Under the pieces are notes generated by a model. The model worked only from the letters and a program-made list of their open reading frames with translations, did not search any database and was not told the DNA's origin. From positions 1 to 58,978 of the IMG/VR virus record IMGVR_UViG_3300012964_000011: a DNA stretch of 58,978 nt; one strand, 5' to 3'. The stretch comes from a virus (taxonomy: Duplodnaviria > Caudoviricetes). Below are positions 56,858 through 58,978 of this stretch, in pieces; positions within the stretch are counted from its first letter, which is position 1, and every line of letters starts with the position of its first letter. A program made the translations under genes and the position numbers.

Positions 56858-58249
56858 ATGTCTAGTGCAGAGACTCAAAGCATTCCAAGCATTCCAAGCA
56901 TTCCAATCATTGAGGTGGATGCTGACCAGCTGTATATGGAACAGACCGGAGAGCTTCCTCGGACCCTGTCCTGGGCGTTGTCCACTGATTCGATATTTAT
57001 CGATGGAATCCTCAAGCGTCTTATGGCCTCAATGCGGTCCGCGGTCTATCGAGGAAACGTCTCTTTCGTTCTGGAATGGGATCATGATACGAAAGCCACC
57101 AGACCAGTTGAGTACGGTATAGAGGCGTTCTGTCAGGGTGATCTGACGGTGTGGTCGGACGGTGGGGAACATTCCCCTCGACCGTGGCGGCTATCCGCCC
57201 GCGTCGAAGCGCGGATGGATGACTACGGGGTTGGAGGATTTCACGCAGTCCCTGATACACCAGGAGAGGCTATTGTAGCCTCCAGGCACACATTGGAGGT
57301 CACTAAATTCGTTGGACAGTCGGTAGCCAACATGATTGTGGGACTGCTCCCTGGTCTACTGGCTCGCGAGCACATTGAAGACCTGCTTGAACTTCCGCGT
57401 TCTAGAATGCCTCTACCGGGTGATGTCCGGGAGTGGGAGGAACTCTCCCAGGACTGGAAGTGTAAGGTACGTCCGCCAGTAGCTGGACCTGATCAGTACG
57501 CCAAAGCTGAGGAAATTTCCAAAATGATAAATGATGAGATTACTGATCATCGAAATGTGATCCTGTCTCTGATTGAAGACATCCTCGGGATTTCTGGCAC
57601 ATACGACCTGAAACCTGGTGACAAGTCTGTAATCAGATGTGATAAAGATATTTACACATTGGATGCTGCCAGACTGGCAAATATACTAACTCTGTGTGGA
57701 TATCCCATCTACACAGATGAAAATGGACTTTCAATACCTCCAAAATCAAAAGATTTTTCCAGTAAATTGTACATGCTAATGGATCTGATTAAACAGTACC
57801 CATGGGTTAATTTAACTCCAAATCTCAATACTATGGCTTCTGTAATTGAAGTCCCTCTCAGTGCATTGGTACGTGCTGGTCTAGACGATTGTCTGGACGC
57901 GGTACGAGCATATGAGAAAACCATTCGAGATCATCTCAAAAATCTGATGGATCAACTTACCGCAGGATTGCTGGATGGTCCTGTAGGACAAATCCAGGGT
58001 ACGTACGATTGGCACGATGACAGTGAGCTGCCGTCAGCCAGTACTATCGCGTCGGCTAGGGATGCCATCATCTCCACCGGATGGTTGGCGGAAGTGCATT
58101 CCGTCGACCAGGAGGGACTACATCCGTGGGGGTTGTACGCGGTCCCATCGGACGGTTGGGACCACGGAATGCGCAGGGTGCTCAAATGGCTAACCGGAAG
58201 TCTCGGAGACACGCTCAAAGTTCTGGTAATGCCGGTTCCTGAACCGTAA
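56858..58249 (+). CDS. large hypothetical protein (463 aa)
   Basis: AGGAG RBS; long ORF with no motif I recognise; AGCATTCCA x3 near the start. Confidence 0.7.
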   Translation: MSSAETQSIPSIPSIPIIEVDADQLYMEQTGELPRTLSWALSTDSIFIDGILKRLMASMRSAVYRGNVSFVLEWDHDTKATRPVEYGIEAFCQGDLTVWSDGGEHSPRPWRLSARVEARMDDYGVGGFHAVPDTPGEAIVASRHTLEVTKFVGQSVANMIVGLLPGLLAREHIEDLLELPRSRMPLPGDVREWEELSQDWKCKVRPPVAGPDQYAKAEEISKMINDEITDHRNVILSLIEDILGISGTYDLKPGDKSVIRCDKDIYTLDAARLANILTLCGYPIYTDENGLSIPPKSKDFSSKLYMLMDLIKQYPWVNLTPNLNTMASVIEVPLSALVRAGLDDCLDAVRAYEKTIRDHLKNLMDQLTAGLLDGPVGQIQGTYDWHDDSELPSASTIASARDAIISTGWLAEVHSVDQEGLHPWGLYAVPSDGWDHGMRRVLKWLTGSLGDTLKVLVMPVPEP

Positions 58250-58260
58250 ACAACCGTAAA

Positions 58261-58316
58261 TTGATCAGCTTTGCCGTATGCTCGGGTAGTTCCCGAGCAT
58301 ACCCATGGAAGATCAA
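58261..58316 (+). ncRNA. repeated intergenic stem-loop, copy D
   Basis: TTGATC-AGCTTTGCC-[11-bp stem]-CCATGGAA-GATCAA. Confidence 0.7.
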
Positions 58317-58339
58317 AGGTTCATTAGTGAGGGTGAATT

Positions 58340-58558
58340 ATGGCAGATCAGGACATTCAAACGGAAGAGAGACACCGTTGGTATTTTGAATCCAGACACA
58401 AGTCAGAATCAGGTACTGAAAATTGGGATTTGGTTGATCAACGTATAGTACACCAGGAAGGCATTGAAGGTTTCGCTTCGACTTGTAGAGAGGAGTACCC
58501 TAATTACGATTTTCGCCTTGTTCATGAGATAGTACGTGAAGAGATCACCTATTTGTAG
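58340..58558 (+). CDS. hypothetical protein
   Basis: GAGGG RBS; WYFES...W...FRLVHEIV. Confidence 0.6.
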   Translation: MADQDIQTEERHRWYFESRHKSESGTENWDLVDQRIVHQEGIEGFASTCREEYPNYDFRLVHEIVREEITYL

Positions 58559-58653
58559 ATGGCCGCGCCCGGCCTGGTAGCCGGGCGCGGATCGCAACAT
58601 CGTGTTGTGGCTGGTGGCGTGGCAAATGAGCACGCGCTGAGCACACGTACGTA

Positions 58654-58893
58654 ATGGGAAAGATGATAGTTGATATGTCAGAATCTTCTACTTTGATCAA
58701 ATTCTACGTGGAATCATACGTAGAAGGTAGTCCGGACTGGAATTGGGTACGAGTTCAAGATTGGCACGAAACAGTAAGCGGAGCGGTTGACGCCATTCAG
58801 AAGCTGATGACTCAAGATTCGGTATCTGGTAGGCATATCAAATACCGAATTGTCCAGGAGATAGTCATTAGTCTAGTTTTACCTACACATTAA
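58654..58893 (+). CDS. hypothetical protein, likely paralog of 58340-58558
   Basis: FYVES...W...YRIVQEIV. Confidence 0.55.
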   Translation: MGKMIVDMSESSTLIKFYVESYVEGSPDWNWVRVQDWHETVSGAVDAIQKLMTQDSVSGRHIKYRIVQEIVISLVLPTH

Positions 58894-58896
58894 CGT

Positions 58897-58978
<82 letters not shown>

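Noticed and set aside
56879-56905. AGCATTCCA x3 tandem repeat
   Set aside because: In-frame SIP repeat in a probably disordered N-terminus; likely neutral slippage

Overview
The window looks like an essentially complete, circularly assembled genome of a lytic siphovirus that infects an actinomycete. Both ends share a 46-nt (GT)n-CAAC overlap. I found no integrase. The host call rests on BldC-like regulators, leaderless promoters and actinophage-type capsid genes. Layout: (i) 42-3356, leftward glycan operon (three glycosyltransferases, an NAD-dependent epimerase, a SAM methyltransferase); (ii) 3421-16695, rightward replication/recombination genes (RecD/Dda-like helicase, NMP-kinase fusion, family A DNA polymerase, RuvC-like resolvase, SNF2 helicase, Cas4-like nuclease, AAA ATPase, SSB), followed by a non-coding, highly structured locus of about 750 nt with two tRNA-like elements that have abnormal anticodon arms; (iii) 16696-42155, leftward late genes (terminase, portal, 2H-phosphoesterase/protease fusion, two capsid proteins, tail genes with a frameshifted chaperone, amidase endolysin, two more glycosyltransferases); (iv) 42212-58893, rightward primase-helicase, a GGTWACC iteron origin and many small early genes. 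The most notable signals are the tRNA-mimic RNA locus, a repeated intergenic stem-loop with a conserved basal stem and internal loop but a fully covarying upper stem, a strongly over-represented and strand-biased TCCAGGG heptamer, the 2H phosphoesterase fused to the prohead protease with an internal restart, and the five-glycosyltransferase system. All functional calls come from reading motifs by eye; no database search or folding program was run, and counts are manual.
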